The notes under the pieces were generated by a model. It was not told where the DNA came from and did no database searches. It saw only the letters and a program-made list of their open reading frames with translations. A stretch of DNA of 63,800 nucleotides, the filler included, from Kipferlia bialata (Eukaryota), in NCBI GenBank assembly GCA_003568945.1. It is 8 parts of 7 records of this genome, joined end to end, with 100 filler letters (N's around TTAATTAATTAA, not from the genome) between each part and the next. Parts side by side here need not be neighbours in the genome. Positions count along the whole stretch, not along the records: positions 32,316 to 42,983 come from BDIP01001378.1; positions 43,084 to 53,750 come from BDIP01001379.1; 6 more parts are not named here. One strand, given 5' to 3'. Shown in pieces: positions 37,800 through 51,081 of the stretch. Every line of letters begins with the position of its first letter. Position 1 is the first letter of the stretch. The position numbers were made by a program, and so were the translations under genes.

Positions 37800-39483
37800 A
37801 GCCCCTTATTCCAGGTCTGTCATTGCCACTGTTGATGCCTTCTCCCAGAGGTGTCTGGATCTAGTCGAGATCTGCAAGGTATGTGTATATGTATATATTC
37901 ACGGAATATGATGACATACACTATAATGTATTATATATATGTGTACTCTTTATGTATATGCCTCTCACCCTCAGGACGGCACCCAGTTCTCATGGAGCCA
38001 TGCCTTCCACTGCTCCAAGCAGGTATGGCGAGTATCTTTCTCTCTTCCCATAGCTCGTGGGTCTAGCCATGTCTCTCTATCTCTCTCTCGAGACCACTGT
38101 CTCTATTAGTGTATATATACCCAAGGCCCTTGAGGCCGAGGGTCTGATCAGGGTGGATGCCGATGTATCTTTTGTATATACTATATATACATACGCATAT
38201 AGCTATATATATATATATATATATCTATTAGTCTCACTCTTAGGCCCTTGAGGCCGAGGGTCTGATCAGGGTGGATGCCGAGGCCAACCCAGACACAGAG
38301 GCAGAGCAGGTGTGTATAGAGTAGATATACACACTATTTGATACACATATTTATATATATTATCTATCGAGGCAGACCAGGTGTGTATATGGTAAACACT
38401 TACGTTATTTGGATACCATCGATCCATGCATTCATGTTCATATAGTGTACATATTGTACCTAACCCTAGGAGAGACCCCCCACCGGCATGGCCAGCAGTT
38501 CATTACATATATATATATAAATTCATGTACTATTGATACATATCCTATTATATTTAATACCTAACCATAGGAGAGACCCCCCACCGGCATGGCCAGCAGG
38601 GCCAACAGCAGAGCAGCAGCCACAAGGTATGGTATATGTAACAATGTATATGTACATAGAAGTGTGTCCATATATTACCCGTCGTAGATGTGTTCGATCT
38701 TACCCATCAGGGCCTCCAACGCGGGCACCTACTTCCTCCCCCGCTTCCCCCCGGCTGTCAATGTCAAGAGGAGTCTGGTAGAAGTGGAGAGGAGTTACAG
38801 AAGGTGTATATATGTGTATATAAACACATATAAAGATTGTATATATATACCACAAATACATCTTTGTGTATGTGTCTTACTTTAGGCTGTTTGACTCTCT
38901 GGCCAATGTGGACTACCACATACTGGATGTCAAGGTGACCAGGTGGCACGAGGACCTCAGCAGGTGTATAGAAATTTATAACATGTTATATATCCTTGGT
39001 ATATATATATACATGTATATTTATATACATCCTGGATGTCAAGGTGGCCAGGTGGCACGAGGACCTCAGTAGGTATGTACTTGTCTTATACTTTATAGTA
39101 TTTACTATACATATTCATCTATATGATATATTTCTATATCCTGGATGTCAAGGTGAAACGGTGTCACTGGGACCTCAGTAGGTATATAGGTTCATATATG
39201 TATCTTTGCTCTCTCTTTCTCTCTCTATATATATTGCAGTATGTAGTTGTCTTACCTATAGGTACCGCCGCACCATCAAGGACCTCGACGTGTTCCTAGA
39301 GAACGTCATCAGATCTGCCTTTGAGCTGTCAAACTCCATCCAGGTACAGTGTATTTTAGTTATATCACAGAGTGTGGCTCTCAGTATCCTTAGTATAATA
39401 GTATTATGTTCCCTCACCCCCAGGAGAGGGTGCTCCTTCTCGAGTCATTCTCCCACATTGGGGTCAGGAGGACAATCAGACAG
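37544..39483 (+). CDS. DNAH2: Axonemal dynein heavy chain tail fragment, DNAH2/I1-beta type
   Basis: VIATVDAFSQRCLDLVEIC; RSLVEVE; YHILDVKVTRWHEDLS|RYRRTIKDLDVFLENVIRSAFEL..VLLLESF..R, matching DNAH2 VDAFVQRCKDLIEVC/ILDVKNTCWHEDY..IKDLEV..SAFEL. Confidence 0.8.
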
Positions 39484-39553
39484 GTGAATATTTGTCTGTC
39501 TCTCTCTATATATATCTACCTTCAGACAGGTAATTATAGTAAATATTTGTCTC

Positions 39554-39592
<39 letters not shown>

Positions 39593-39620
39593 TTTCCCCC
39601 CCCCCCCCCCTTTACCCCAG

Positions 39621-40049
39621 TGCGCAATGCCCTGTTTGGCCCCCCTGTCAACAAGAGAGTGCTCACAGCTGCCAAGGTATGTATAGGATAGTACATATTC
39701 ATAGTATATACTTCTGTATATACCTCTGACCCGAGGGATAACTCACTGTCTCACCAGTCACGTATGTATCCATTTACATTGCAGTGCTAACACAAATGTA
39801 CAGCAGTAGTCATCATTCTTACACCAGGGATACCTCACCGTTCCCCCAGCCAGGCCCTTCAAGTCAAGAGTGTGGCAGATCACCCTTGGCTCCTCTGCTG
39901 CATGTACTCTGCTGGTGCTGGTACTCACACTAGTGACAACCAAGGTATTATATGTGCAAATAGAGATTCGTAGTACTTTTTTTTCTTCTCTCTCCCTCCC
40001 TCTCTCTTTCTCTCTCATAGCAGTGGTGGCTAGTCCTCCTCTTCCTGCT

Positions 40050-40090
<41 letters not shown>

Positions 40091-40216
40091 ATCATAGTGG
40101 TGGCTGGTACTGTTAGTGCCTGCCCTCCTGTTCCTCTTCGCACTGCTCCTGGTGGCACTCAACATACACAGATCGGTCAGGTACATGCGTGTATATATGT
40201 ATATATGTAGTATGAT

Positions 40217-40250
<34 letters not shown>

Positions 40251-42687
40251 TTGGCACTGCTCCTGGTGGCACTCAACATACACAGATCAGTGAGGTACTA
40301 TTAGTATACAGTGGATATACAATATAGTATATATGTGTATTCACAGCCCCAGTCCCTCTGATTACCCCCCTTCCCTCCCCTGCGTGCCCTCCAGTCACCT
40401 ACTATGCCTTAGAGATCACTATATACATAGTACTTTATGGTCAATATCACTTAACCAAGGGATATACAAGATACTATATATTACTGACCCCCAGGCCCTC
40501 TGAGTACCCCCCCTGTGTGCCCAACCACCACTTACTAAACTATAGATATCTATCTCTCTCTATATATATAGCGTATACAGCATATAGAGTGTAGTGTGCA
40601 TCTCTCTTACCCAGGCCCTCTGAGTACCCCCCCTGTGTCCCCACCAACCAGGATCTGAGGGACTTCACACGCACATCCCCACTGATACAGATTGGTACGT
40701 ACACTGTTATATAGATATGTGTCAAGATAGTTTGTCTATATAGTGTGGCTACACCAAACTCCCAGGCCAGGACATCTGTCCAGCTATCAGTAGCATATAT
40801 ATACAGTGAGTATATACAGTATTTTAGGACTGTTACTATACTCTAGTGCATGTCTAGATATGGATGTATACTATACTGTATACCTCACTCCCAGGCCAGG
40901 ACATCTGGGTCAAGCAGAACCATCTGCCCATTATTCAAAGTCTAATATATAGTGTATGAGTATGTCTATATATACCTATGTATATATGTTGTGTTTCTGT
41001 AATACCTCACCCCCAGGCCAGGACATCTGGGTCAAGCAGAACCAGCTGTCTATTATTCAAAATCTACTGTAGTGCATGTCTATATATGTATGTATATTAG
41101 TACCTATACATATATATAGTATACCTCACTATCAGGCCAGGACATATGGGTCAAGCAGAACCAGCTGTCCTTCATGGAGACAGAGTTCGGATGCAAGGTA
41201 TTATACAGCTTCATCAGAATGTATATTGTATAACTGAATACTCTCTCTCTCTCTCTCTTACCGTAGATGACCGTGATCAGGGATGGCGACTTCCTAGTTA
41301 TTCATCTCCCACACACTATATATATATATGTGTGTATCTCACTCAAGATGACCGTCATCAGAGATGGCGACTCCCTTGTTGTCATATCCCCTGTGGAGAT
41401 AGACCCCGAGGTCATACAGCAGATAGACGAGCTGGGTGGGTGTTTGAATATATACACACATATATATACAGTTATATTGGTATATCATATTAGTATACAG
41501 GTAGAGATTGATCTAGAGGTCATACAGCAGATAGACGAACTGGGTGTGTATTACTGACATACAAGTTTAAATATATATATCTATATATATGTAGAGAGAG
41601 AGAGAGAGAGACGAATTGGGTTTGTCTAGTTTGAGTGGGAGATGATTATTGTATTGCGGCTTACCTTTTTAGACCTCTTTCTTTACATATGCGTTTATGT
41701 ATGTGTGTGTATCTATACGCATATGTATTCATTTGCTGATATATATATATTGACAACTCACCCCCCAGGCACTTGTATTGCATCTCTATCTGTCTCTCTA
41801 TTTCTCAATATAACCTTATATACCCCATCGTATTCTTTATCTGATCCAGGCACTGTCCGCGCTGTCTCTCTCTCTATATCTCCCTCTCTCTCTCTCACTG
41901 GTTATGGAACTGTTTTAATGACATCTCACCCCAGGCACTATCCGTCCTGTCTCTCTCTCTATCTCTCCCCGTTATCTCTTTCTATGCAGAACTGTGTATA
42001 TATATACATATATCTCACCCCCCAGGCACTGTCCGTGCTGTCTACAGCCCATCGCCCATCCACACCCTCTTCATACAGGTACGGTATACAGTGTGTATGG
42101 TATATATAGTGTATATGTTGGGGTTAGTTCTCTATAGTCCATCCACACCCTCTTCATACAGGTACGGCTTATGTAGATAGAAAGACAGATGGATAGATTG
42201 ATAAATAGATTGGTAAATAGACAGATGGATAGATTGATAAATAGATAGATATGAATACAGGTCCATCACCCATCCACACCCTGTTCATACAGGTATGTGA
42301 ATCTAGTGTTTGTCTGTTGTATGACCTCTGTGTCTGGTACTCTCTCTCCCTCTCTATATATATACGTTACCTAACACCATATAGTGCAGCTGACGCCTTT
42401 TGCTGACATCTATGTCTCTCTCTCTCTCTCTCTCCATATGTATTTCTCTAACACCTCTAGAGTGCAGCCGATGCCTGGCCCTCCGCTGACATCTCTCTCT
42501 CTCTCTCTCCCAGCATCCCCCCATCTCTTTTGTTACTATCTCTAACACCATAGAGTGCCGCTGACGCTTGGCCCTCCGCTGATATCTTTGTCTCTCTCTC
42601 TCTCTCCCCCCCTCCCCCTCTCTTTCCATATGTATTTCTCTAACACCTCTAGAGTGCAGCTGATGCCTGGCCGTCTGCTGACATCTT

Positions 42688-42738
<51 letters not shown>

Positions 42739-42888
42739 ACATATGTGTATATATATATAATATTACCCTACTAGCCCTCCATCTTACCTTCAGAGTGCCG
42801 CTGATGCCTGGCCGTCCGCTGACATCTTTGTCCCTGAGATCATATTCAGGCGGAGTGACATCACTCTGCCAGAGAGGGCCATACCAAT
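39621..42888 (+). CDS. DUF4336-like (metallo-beta-lactamase-like fold) protein with two N-terminal TM helices, partial
   Basis: GQDIWVKQNQLSFMETEFGCK|MTVIRDGDSLVVISPVEIDPEVIQQIDEL|GTVRAVYSPSPIHTLFIQ|SAADAWPSA; upstream hydrophobic exons at 39828-39943 and 40098-40160. Confidence 0.7.
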
Positions 42889-43083
42889 GTGAGTATACTC
42901 TGTACTATATATATACACACACATATAGAGAGAGAGAGGGGGGGGGGGGGGAGAAAAGGAGACATCACACGGCAATCCCAATGNNNNNNNNNNNNNNNNN
43001 NNNNNNNNNNNNNNNNNNNNNNNNNNNTTAATTAATTAANNNNNNNNNNNNNNNNNNNNNNNNNNNNNNNNNNNNNNNNNNNN

Positions 43084-43135
<52 letters not shown>

Positions 43136-43264
43136 CTCCTCATCCAATTGGTCTATCCCTCGTCTGTCAGGTGACACCATCCTGAGCATCTCTCTCTCTC
43201 TCTCTCTTTCTCTCTCTCCCCCCTCCAATTGATCTACCCTCACAGTCAGGTGACACCATCCTGA

Positions 43265-43303
<39 letters not shown>

Positions 43304-43332
43304 CCTCCCTCCCCTTTACCCCTTACTGTCAG

Positions 43333-45651
43333 GTGACACCATCCTGAGCATCCCCTCTGAGCTAGTCATCCACCCCACCTCCCTCCTGTCTCTCGCACTG
43401 AGGAAGAGTGATGGGGATGTTGTGACACTGGGAGAGGTCTTGCCAGACACTCTCATCACAAGACTAGGTATGCCAGTATCCTTCATACATATATATATAC
43501 AATCACCGCCCAGAGTCTCAACCCCCCCCCCCCCACCCCCACCCCCAGGGGATCTGACTGACTCTGAGCTGATCTGCCTCACCCTCCTTCTGCTGAGTGG
43601 ACAGCGTGAGAGGGGTGTGTCCTCCACACCCTCCATCACATACCCTGTCTCTATAGAGGGTGCTGTTGTTGACATTGCCCCTGTGCTGCTGGATGTGTAC
43701 TCCGTCGTGCTGCAGCCGGGGGAGGCAGTGCTAGGTCAGTGTTCATAAGAGTGTATCATTCTCTCCAATAGTACTCACCCTCAGAGCGTGGCAGTGCCCC
43801 CCCTTCCTGGCCTCTCTCGGCCCTCTCCGTCCTTGCCACAACATCTGTACAGGAGGAGATACAGGACACTAGAAGTGCGGTGCTAAGGTATGTGCAGTGC
43901 TTAGTGATAGGAGGATAATGTGTCGTCTTGTTTCCCACCTCAGGAATGGAGCCTTTGCCGTCCATGAATTGATAGAGTGGCTCAGATACGATATGAAGGT
44001 GAGTCTCTTGCGTCATATCACCTCCTGTACTAGCCGTACTCATGCTTAGATCCGGATGCACCCATCCCTTGAATCCCCAGAGACCCTTGCTACCCACTAT
44101 CTCGCGTTGTGGGGAGTCGTGCACTCCAGGTGCGTAAAGCAGTATATACACATAATGGTCAGTTAGTGCATATGTTTACTCTAGGGCGTTCCTAGTGGCT
44201 GGCGATGGCCCCAGACACCGCTGGGCTGGGTATGTGCCTGTGTTTGATATGCTCAACCACGGCAGTGCCACTCTCTCTGATGGGGTGTGCATGGAGGGGG
44301 TTGTGTGCGCCAACTCCCAGATAGTGGTGGAGGATAGCAGGGTGGTGCTGAAGGCAACGGCAGACATACCAGCCAGGTAGGGGGCATGCGTTTGGTGTAT
44401 CACAGCTTGTATATTGTGGATATTTGTGGTAGATCCCCCCCCCCCCTCTCACACCCAGGACCCCTCTTCTCATTGACTACTCACAGGGGTCTCTGGTACC
44501 AGGCAGTATCCAGTCAGGTGAGTGTGTGGGTATATATATATATGTATATATATCTCCTTTTCTATTCCCTCTCTCTCTCATCCTCAGGCACCTCTCAAGC
44601 ATACTTCCCCTTCTTTGCGAGATATGGCTTCATCCCCGGTCGCACTGCCGACTCTCCCCCTGCCCCATACTCCCTTGCCGTGCATGGATCATTGGCGAAC
44701 AGCCAGGTAACCGCGTAGTAATGGCGTATCCATCACTCATTCATAGTAGTAGTCTGGTTTACCCTTCCTAACCCCCCAGGCTGACACTGGGGTGGGTAGT
44801 GAGTCATGTCCGGCCGTTAGGGCTGCCCTGTTGGACAGGCTAGGTATGGGTCATTGGTTATACTATGCTTCATTATACTATACCCTCGATTGGTGCCTCT
44901 CGGGCCGTGTGTCTATAGCGATTGTACCCATCCACCCCCTCTCACCCCATGCTTCCCTGTGCCTGAGACTGAGGATGAGTACATCCCGTATCTGTTTGCC
45001 GTGGGTGGGGGTGCATCCGATGAGGTCCTGCCCTCCCAGGGGGTGCTGTCTCTGTTGGGTCTCCTTAGGGTCATGGGCATATCTGGTGCACAGTGCACAG
45101 ACAGAGGCATCATAGGGTGGGTACTATTTCTATTCATACAGTCTCGCAGGTTCACTGGAGTCCTTCCTTTCCACTGTACACTCATCTTCAGTAGTGTGGG
45201 TCGTTTCTTCCCCCACAGCCTCGACGCTGAGTTCTCTCTCTCCTCCTACCTGGGCCAGAGTCTCTCTGCCTCTCTGAGTGCCTTGACAGACGGAGCCCCA
45301 GAGGAGAGAGAGAAGGTGGAGGGCGAGGATGCCCAGACTCAGTATGAGCGTGTCCTCTACAACCAGTGCCTTGCCATGCTGCACCACGAGGCACATGCAC
45401 TCAGGGGGGCTGTTGATGATGTGGCCCTGGTGTGGAGGCTGTACCTCACACAGGGTATGCCTGGTAGGGGTGTGCCTCTCTCAGCTGAGGACAGGGCCTG
45501 GCTGGAGAGTGTGGTGCCTGAGGCTGTGAGTGGATATGATGATATTGCAGAGACCGAGGCAGCGCCAGAGCAGGATGGGTGGGACGATATGGATGTGGAC
45601 ACCCCTGTAGCCAGAGAGGTCGAGGAAGAGGAGGACGTGGAGTGGCTCTGA
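43333..45651 (+). CDS. SET-domain protein (SETD3/SETD6/Rubisco-LSMT-like), 5'-partial
   Basis: GDTILSIP; YVPVFDMLNH; VVLKATADIP; FFARYGF; helical substrate-binding-like C-terminus with acidic tail. Confidence 0.8.
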
Positions 45652-45886
45652 ATAGACGTGTATCGATAGTTGGTCGAGTGAGAAGAGTTAAACCCTTTTA
45701 TTAGGTTTTGCGGGATCGAACGCGACCATCAACAAACGCGCTGCTAATTCTACTCTCTCTTTGCCATTATAGACGATATGATTGGGATTGCGGTGTGGCT
45801 TGCGCTTGCTGTGTTTGTGTGGTATGTGTGTTCCGGTCGGGAGAGAGCCCGGACTCGCTACAGCTCGAGTCATTGCACTTGGGATA

Positions 45887-46191
45887 ATGATGCACCAAAG
45901 CGCCAATCTACCCAGGAGGCCAAGAGAATCAAGGTCAGAGTGGCATCTCAGCCCCATCCCCAGCCCCTTGTCTACGTCTACCCTTCTAACACATCCCCTA
46001 TTAAGATAGTACTCACCCCAGGTCAAGGCAGCGAGGAGTGCCTTCGAGACAGCCAAGGCCAAGCGGGAGGCGGCATCTGCTAACCTTAAGGCCTTGAAGG
46101 CCGAGAGCCACCGCCTCTACGAGAGACAAGAGCAGTGCTTCAAGATGCAGCAGTCGAACTATGCTTTCTATGGCGGCGCAAACATGGCTAA
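45887..46191 (+). CDS. 5' exons of a coiled-coil hypothetical protein, interrupted by gap 46251-47105
   Basis: MMHQSANLPRRPRESR.. then CTCACCCCAG|VKAARSAFETAKAKREAASANLKALKAESHRLYERQEQ..|GTGAGT. Confidence 0.5.
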
Positions 46192-46197
46192 GTGAGT

Positions 46198-46243
<46 letters not shown>

Positions 46244-47175
46244 CCCCCCCNNNNNNNNNNNNNNNNNNNNNNNNNNNNNNNNNNNNNNNNNNNNNNNNNN
46301 NNNNNNNNNNNNNNNNNNNNNNNNNNNNNNNNNNNNNNNNNNNNNNNNNNNNNNNNNNNNNNNNNNNNNNNNNNNNNNNNNNNNNNNNNNNNNNNNNNNN
46401 NNNNNNNNNNNNNNNNNNNNNNNNNNNNNNNNNNNNNNNNNNNNNNNNNNNNNNNNNNNNNNNNNNNNNNNNNNNNNNNNNNNNNNNNNNNNNNNNNNNN
46501 NNNNNNNNNNNNNNNNNNNNNNNNNNNNNNNNNNNNNNNNNNNNNNNNNNNNNNNNNNNNNNNNNNNNNNNNNNNNNNNNNNNNNNNNNNNNNNNNNNNN
46601 NNNNNNNNNNNNNNNNNNNNNNNNNNNNNNNNNNNNNNNNNNNNNNNNNNNNNNNNNNNNNNNNNNNNNNNNNNNNNNNNNNNNNNNNNNNNNNNNNNNN
46701 NNNNNNNNNNNNNNNNNNNNNNNNNNNNNNNNNNNNNNNNNNNNNNNNNNNNNNNNNNNNNNNNNNNNNNNNNNNNNNNNNNNNNNNNNNNNNNNNNNNN
46801 NNNNNNNNNNNNNNNNNNNNNNNNNNNNNNNNNNNNNNNNNNNNNNNNNNNNNNNNNNNNNNNNNNNNNNNNNNNNNNNNNNNNNNNNNNNNNNNNNNNN
46901 NNNNNNNNNNNNNNNNNNNNNNNNNNNNNNNNNNNNNNNNNNNNNNNNNNNNNNNNNNNNNNNNNNNNNNNNNNNNNNNNNNNNNNNNNNNNNNNNNNNN
47001 NNNNNNNNNNNNNNNNNNNNNNNNNNNNNNNNNNNNNNNNNNNNNNNNNNNNNNNNNNNNNNNNNNNNNNNNNNNNNNNNNNNNNNNNNNNNNNNNNNNN
47101 NNNNNGACACCCCAGGGGGCCCCCCCCCCCCCCCCCCCCCCCCCTTTCACTTGTCTCTTCGTCTCACTCTTCCAG

Positions 47176-48535
47176 AGCTTGGCAAGTGGGACACAGCCAA
47201 GGCCCAGCCCTCCCATGGTGCAGTCCAGGAGTACACACCCATTCCCGTGCAGCCCTACCCAGCCACCCGCCCCAAGCCCGTCCTGCTGTGTGACCCCCTG
47301 TCCCCCTCCCCCCTCTCGGCATGTGAGCCCCCAGTTGGGGAGTTCGGCAAGGGAGACGACTCAGCCACCACCACCCCTGCGCACAGCGAGGGAGAGACAG
47401 AGGCAGAGGCAGAGGATGACGTGGACGTGGGGGTGGAGACTGTGCCCGCCACAGAGGTGGTCATCCCTCCCACAGGCGGAGAGCACGAGGCAGAGTGCAA
47501 GGACGTGGAGACTGAGACCAAGGCTGACACTGAGGCAGAGGGTACTGAGGTCGAGGTGGCTGCTCCCCAGCCTGTCCACTCTGTCATGTTCCCCAACCAG
47601 ACGGCAGGGGGTGCCGCAGAGGGAGACAAGGAGGCAGGGCGGCCTACCGACACCCTGGAGGAGATCTCTGTGGAGGTGTCCTCCTCTCTCTCCCGCGCAG
47701 GGGACCCCAAGGGTCTCTCTGCCTGTAGCAGTGCAGAGGCAGAGCCTGTGGTGGCTACTCGCACATCCGCCGAGCCCTCTCCTACCGGCAACCCCCCTCA
47801 CACCCCCGTGACGCCTAGGGAGAGCATCCACGGGATGTGGAACCAGTCAGGGGGCCTCAGCCCAAGGGTCGGTCTGTCGGTACGTCAGGGTCATCATAGT
47901 GTATATATATATATATACATATGTCCATTCTCTGCTTCGGCACTTACGACCAGTTTGAGATGCTGGAGATGCACACCTTCTTCGACCACGTGTCCCTGGG
48001 CCTGGAGAACGGTACGGCACTCCCCCCCTCCCCCCTTCATCCCACTCCTTATGTATTAGTCCCTCTCGGGTTAGAGTGTCCCTCACCCCTAGGCTCCCTC
48101 GCCGCCTCCTTCCAGATGGTGAGGCCTGCTGAGGTGGACGATATGCTCAGCATCTTTGCGGAGGAGACCACTCATCTCTGCATCGAGGCCGGGTACCTGC
48201 CAGAGCCATCGAGTGAGCCCTCGGAGGTGACTGAGGAGATTGTGGAGGAGGAGGTCGAGGAGATTGTCAAGGAGATGGCCAAGGAGGAGGCCACAGCTAC
48301 CGCCGCAGAGAGTGCAGCGCCTTCACAGGTCTCTTCCGCTGGTACCAGCATAGGCGACATGAGTGGGGTTGCGGCTGATGCTTCCCACTTTGTTGTTCCC
48401 CCTCTAGACCCCTCTGAGACACACTATGTCTCCAACAAGGTAGATGGTGCATGCGTCTGTTGTGGTATAGTATTCTAGCACCCCTTACCCCCAGATCCTC
48501 AACCTCGAGTTCGATGCCCACATGTTCAAGTCAAG
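47176..48535 (+). CDS. Acidic low-complexity hypothetical protein, internal exons
   Basis: Long E/A/P/T-rich GC3-rich exons with canonical splice sites; ends at the poly-C tract starting ~48545. Confidence 0.6.
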
Positions 48536-48544
48536 GTCAGTGCT

Positions 48545-48576
<32 letters not shown>

Positions 48577-48694
48577 CCCCCCCCCCTCCCTACCCCCCCC
48601 CCCCCCCCCCCCCCCCCCCCACACACACACATTTCCCATCCGCTGTATACACACCTCCCTCAAGATTGTAAACATTTCTTACCACAGGACTTGA

Positions 48695-50602
48695 ATGCCT
48701 CCCGAGCAGAACACAACATGTGCCACGTGTCACCATGAGGCTCTGATCAGAGCTGGTGTGTACAAGGAGGAAGACCGTCTGATTAGCGAGATCAGCAACG
48801 GCTCACTGGCAGACCTGACCCAGGAAGGCCTACAGGAGATACTTGTAGCTTCTCGAGCCTCGAAGAGATCCCCTAAGTGGTGGTCTCTATATTCCCTTCG
48901 CATACTGTATGAGGCTCTTCGGACCCCCACAGGTGGAGAGACATGCAAATACATTCGCTTCAAGGCAGTGATGATCGACAACATTGCAGAAATGGCAGCA
49001 GGGATGTCTTACCTTGAGTTCTCGCAACGTGTTGGGTCTCTCGTCAGCGGACGTGCTAGTGTGAATCGGGTCCCAGTGGGTGACCTCCCCCTCAGCCTCT
49101 GGGTGACGAGTACTGGTGGTGTGCGCCAATATGCATCTGGTTACGAGTTGCTCACTGCCATCACTCTTGAAACAGGACGTTCCTGGACAGACTCTTTCGC
49201 GTCAGGTTTGCCACTCCCTTCACACCCCCTCCCTTCTCTCACTTTCAGTCAGCTGCACCATGCGGGAAATCGGTGTCTCCTGTTACCTTGTGTTCACCGA
49301 GGGCGATGAGTACCCGCGTGTCCCTACGCGCCTGTCCCTGTTACCGAGAGTGAGGTAGAATTCTAGTAATATCCTATTAGTCAGATCCATACCTTTCAGG
49401 TAGGTGTTCTCACCCAAGGTGTTCGACCATCTGCCACCACAGTGAACAGCAGCAGGTCCCTATTGGCAGAATAGGACTTGACAGACAAGTGATGCCAGTG
49501 CGTGTACCCTTCATAGGAGACATGATCGAAGGGCCGTTGTCATGCCAGTTTGGGGTCAATCAGGTGGTTGGGTTCACGTGCCGCGGCAAGTGGGTACCTC
49601 GAGAGGCACGAAAGCCTAGTTTCGCACTAGGTCACTATCACTCAGTGGGCCAAAGGACAGGGTGCCGTATCATCACCCATACGGATCAGGGTCTGAAGTG
49701 TGAGGAGGTAGAGTGCCCTGAGATACTGACTTACCTCTACCCAAAGGGTATGTGCGTGATGGGGGGCATGCTCTACGTCTTTGGCAGCTTCCCTGATACT
49801 ACCTTAGGGGACGACGCTCTCAACGCCCCTCTTATCAACCGCCTCTTTGCTTTGCACCTTGACACTCGAGAGTGGATGGAAGTGGAAGGGGTTGATGGCT
49901 TCCCCAGCGACCCAGTCTCGATAGAGACGCGCCGCTGCATCGATGGTTTTGTGGATGCGGAGGTGGGCGTCTTCGCTGGAACCGTAGAGGTCTTCTCTCT
50001 TGATGGAGCTCTGTATGTGTTGCTTCACACCTCCCTAGCTGAGGGGACTGATACCCCTCCTCTCACCACTCTACACAGGTATGACCCAGCAATCATTGTA
50101 CTTGGTGTATCGCCTTACCCGCAGGTACTATCCAGAGGCACCAGAGGGTACACCACCCTGGACCCAGCTGATGGTGGGACACAGTCTCCGTCCGTCATGT
50201 GTTGCCACTCACAACGGAAGTGCCCATGTCCTAGCAGAGGACGCACTTAGCGGGTCTGGAGACTCGAGTCCATTGCACCTCACCTTTCGCCCCACTGTCG
50301 ACACTGGTACTACCATTCGGTTGCTAGACGAGACAGACAACGGATGGGAAGGGGGGCTGGCAGCGCCCGAGTCACTCTGCGACAACGCCTTCGTTGTGGA
50401 TCGTCGCCTGTATGCGACAACTAAGAGAGGGGAGTTGCTTGCGTACAATGCCACAGAAGACAGGTGGAAGGAACATGATGAGCAGTTCCACACCTTTTGT
50501 CGGCTCTGTCCCCTTGGCCTCGACACCCTGCTCGAGCACCCGGAGCACAGGCATTCAGACCATACCGCTGTCATCCACCTAGCCGAGAGTGTTATGATTT
50601 AA
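48695..50602 (+). CDS. Kelch/beta-propeller-like family protein with N-terminal CxxCHHE motif, copy 1 (4 exons)
   Basis: TCATCHHEALIRAGVY..; GMCVMGGMLYVFG..NRLFALHLDTREW, FSLDGALYV, FVVDRRLYA..LLAYNATEDRW; intron phases join. Confidence 0.7.
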
Positions 50603-51081
50603 TCGGGACCCCACTAGCTGACACCGATCCCTTACTGATTAATAACTGATTGAGACTATGGTTGTCTCCGCTAGAGGCTGGGCCTCTACATTTATAGAGG
50701 GAGTCTCCCAGTTTTGTCTGAGAGTAGACACTTCATTCATAAACCAAATGTTGTTCTTCGTTGCATAGCTGATAATTGTTCTTTCAATATATGGCATATA
50801 ATCTATATGCTCCGGTATCAGGCTCTCAGAGTTCAGAGAAAATGACGGTGTTTTTTGGCGTAAGCTCCATAATGATAGTCTGTCTTCAATTAGCATAATA
50901 GTCAATATATATTCAGTCGACTTCTTAGTGGAATTCTTCCGGGGTCACAATACAACGGAGAGGCTCTGATACGGGAAGTGTCCAGCATCCGACCTTAGAC
51001 CCATTTCAAATGGGTCGCCCATTGGAGACCCCCTCTCTAGTCGTATTCCTAGCCTCCAGCAGATGTATATCACAATCACAA

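Noticed and set aside
46013..48059. Long ORFs crossing N runs (also 36671-37666)
   Set aside because: Artefacts of scaffold gaps and poly-C
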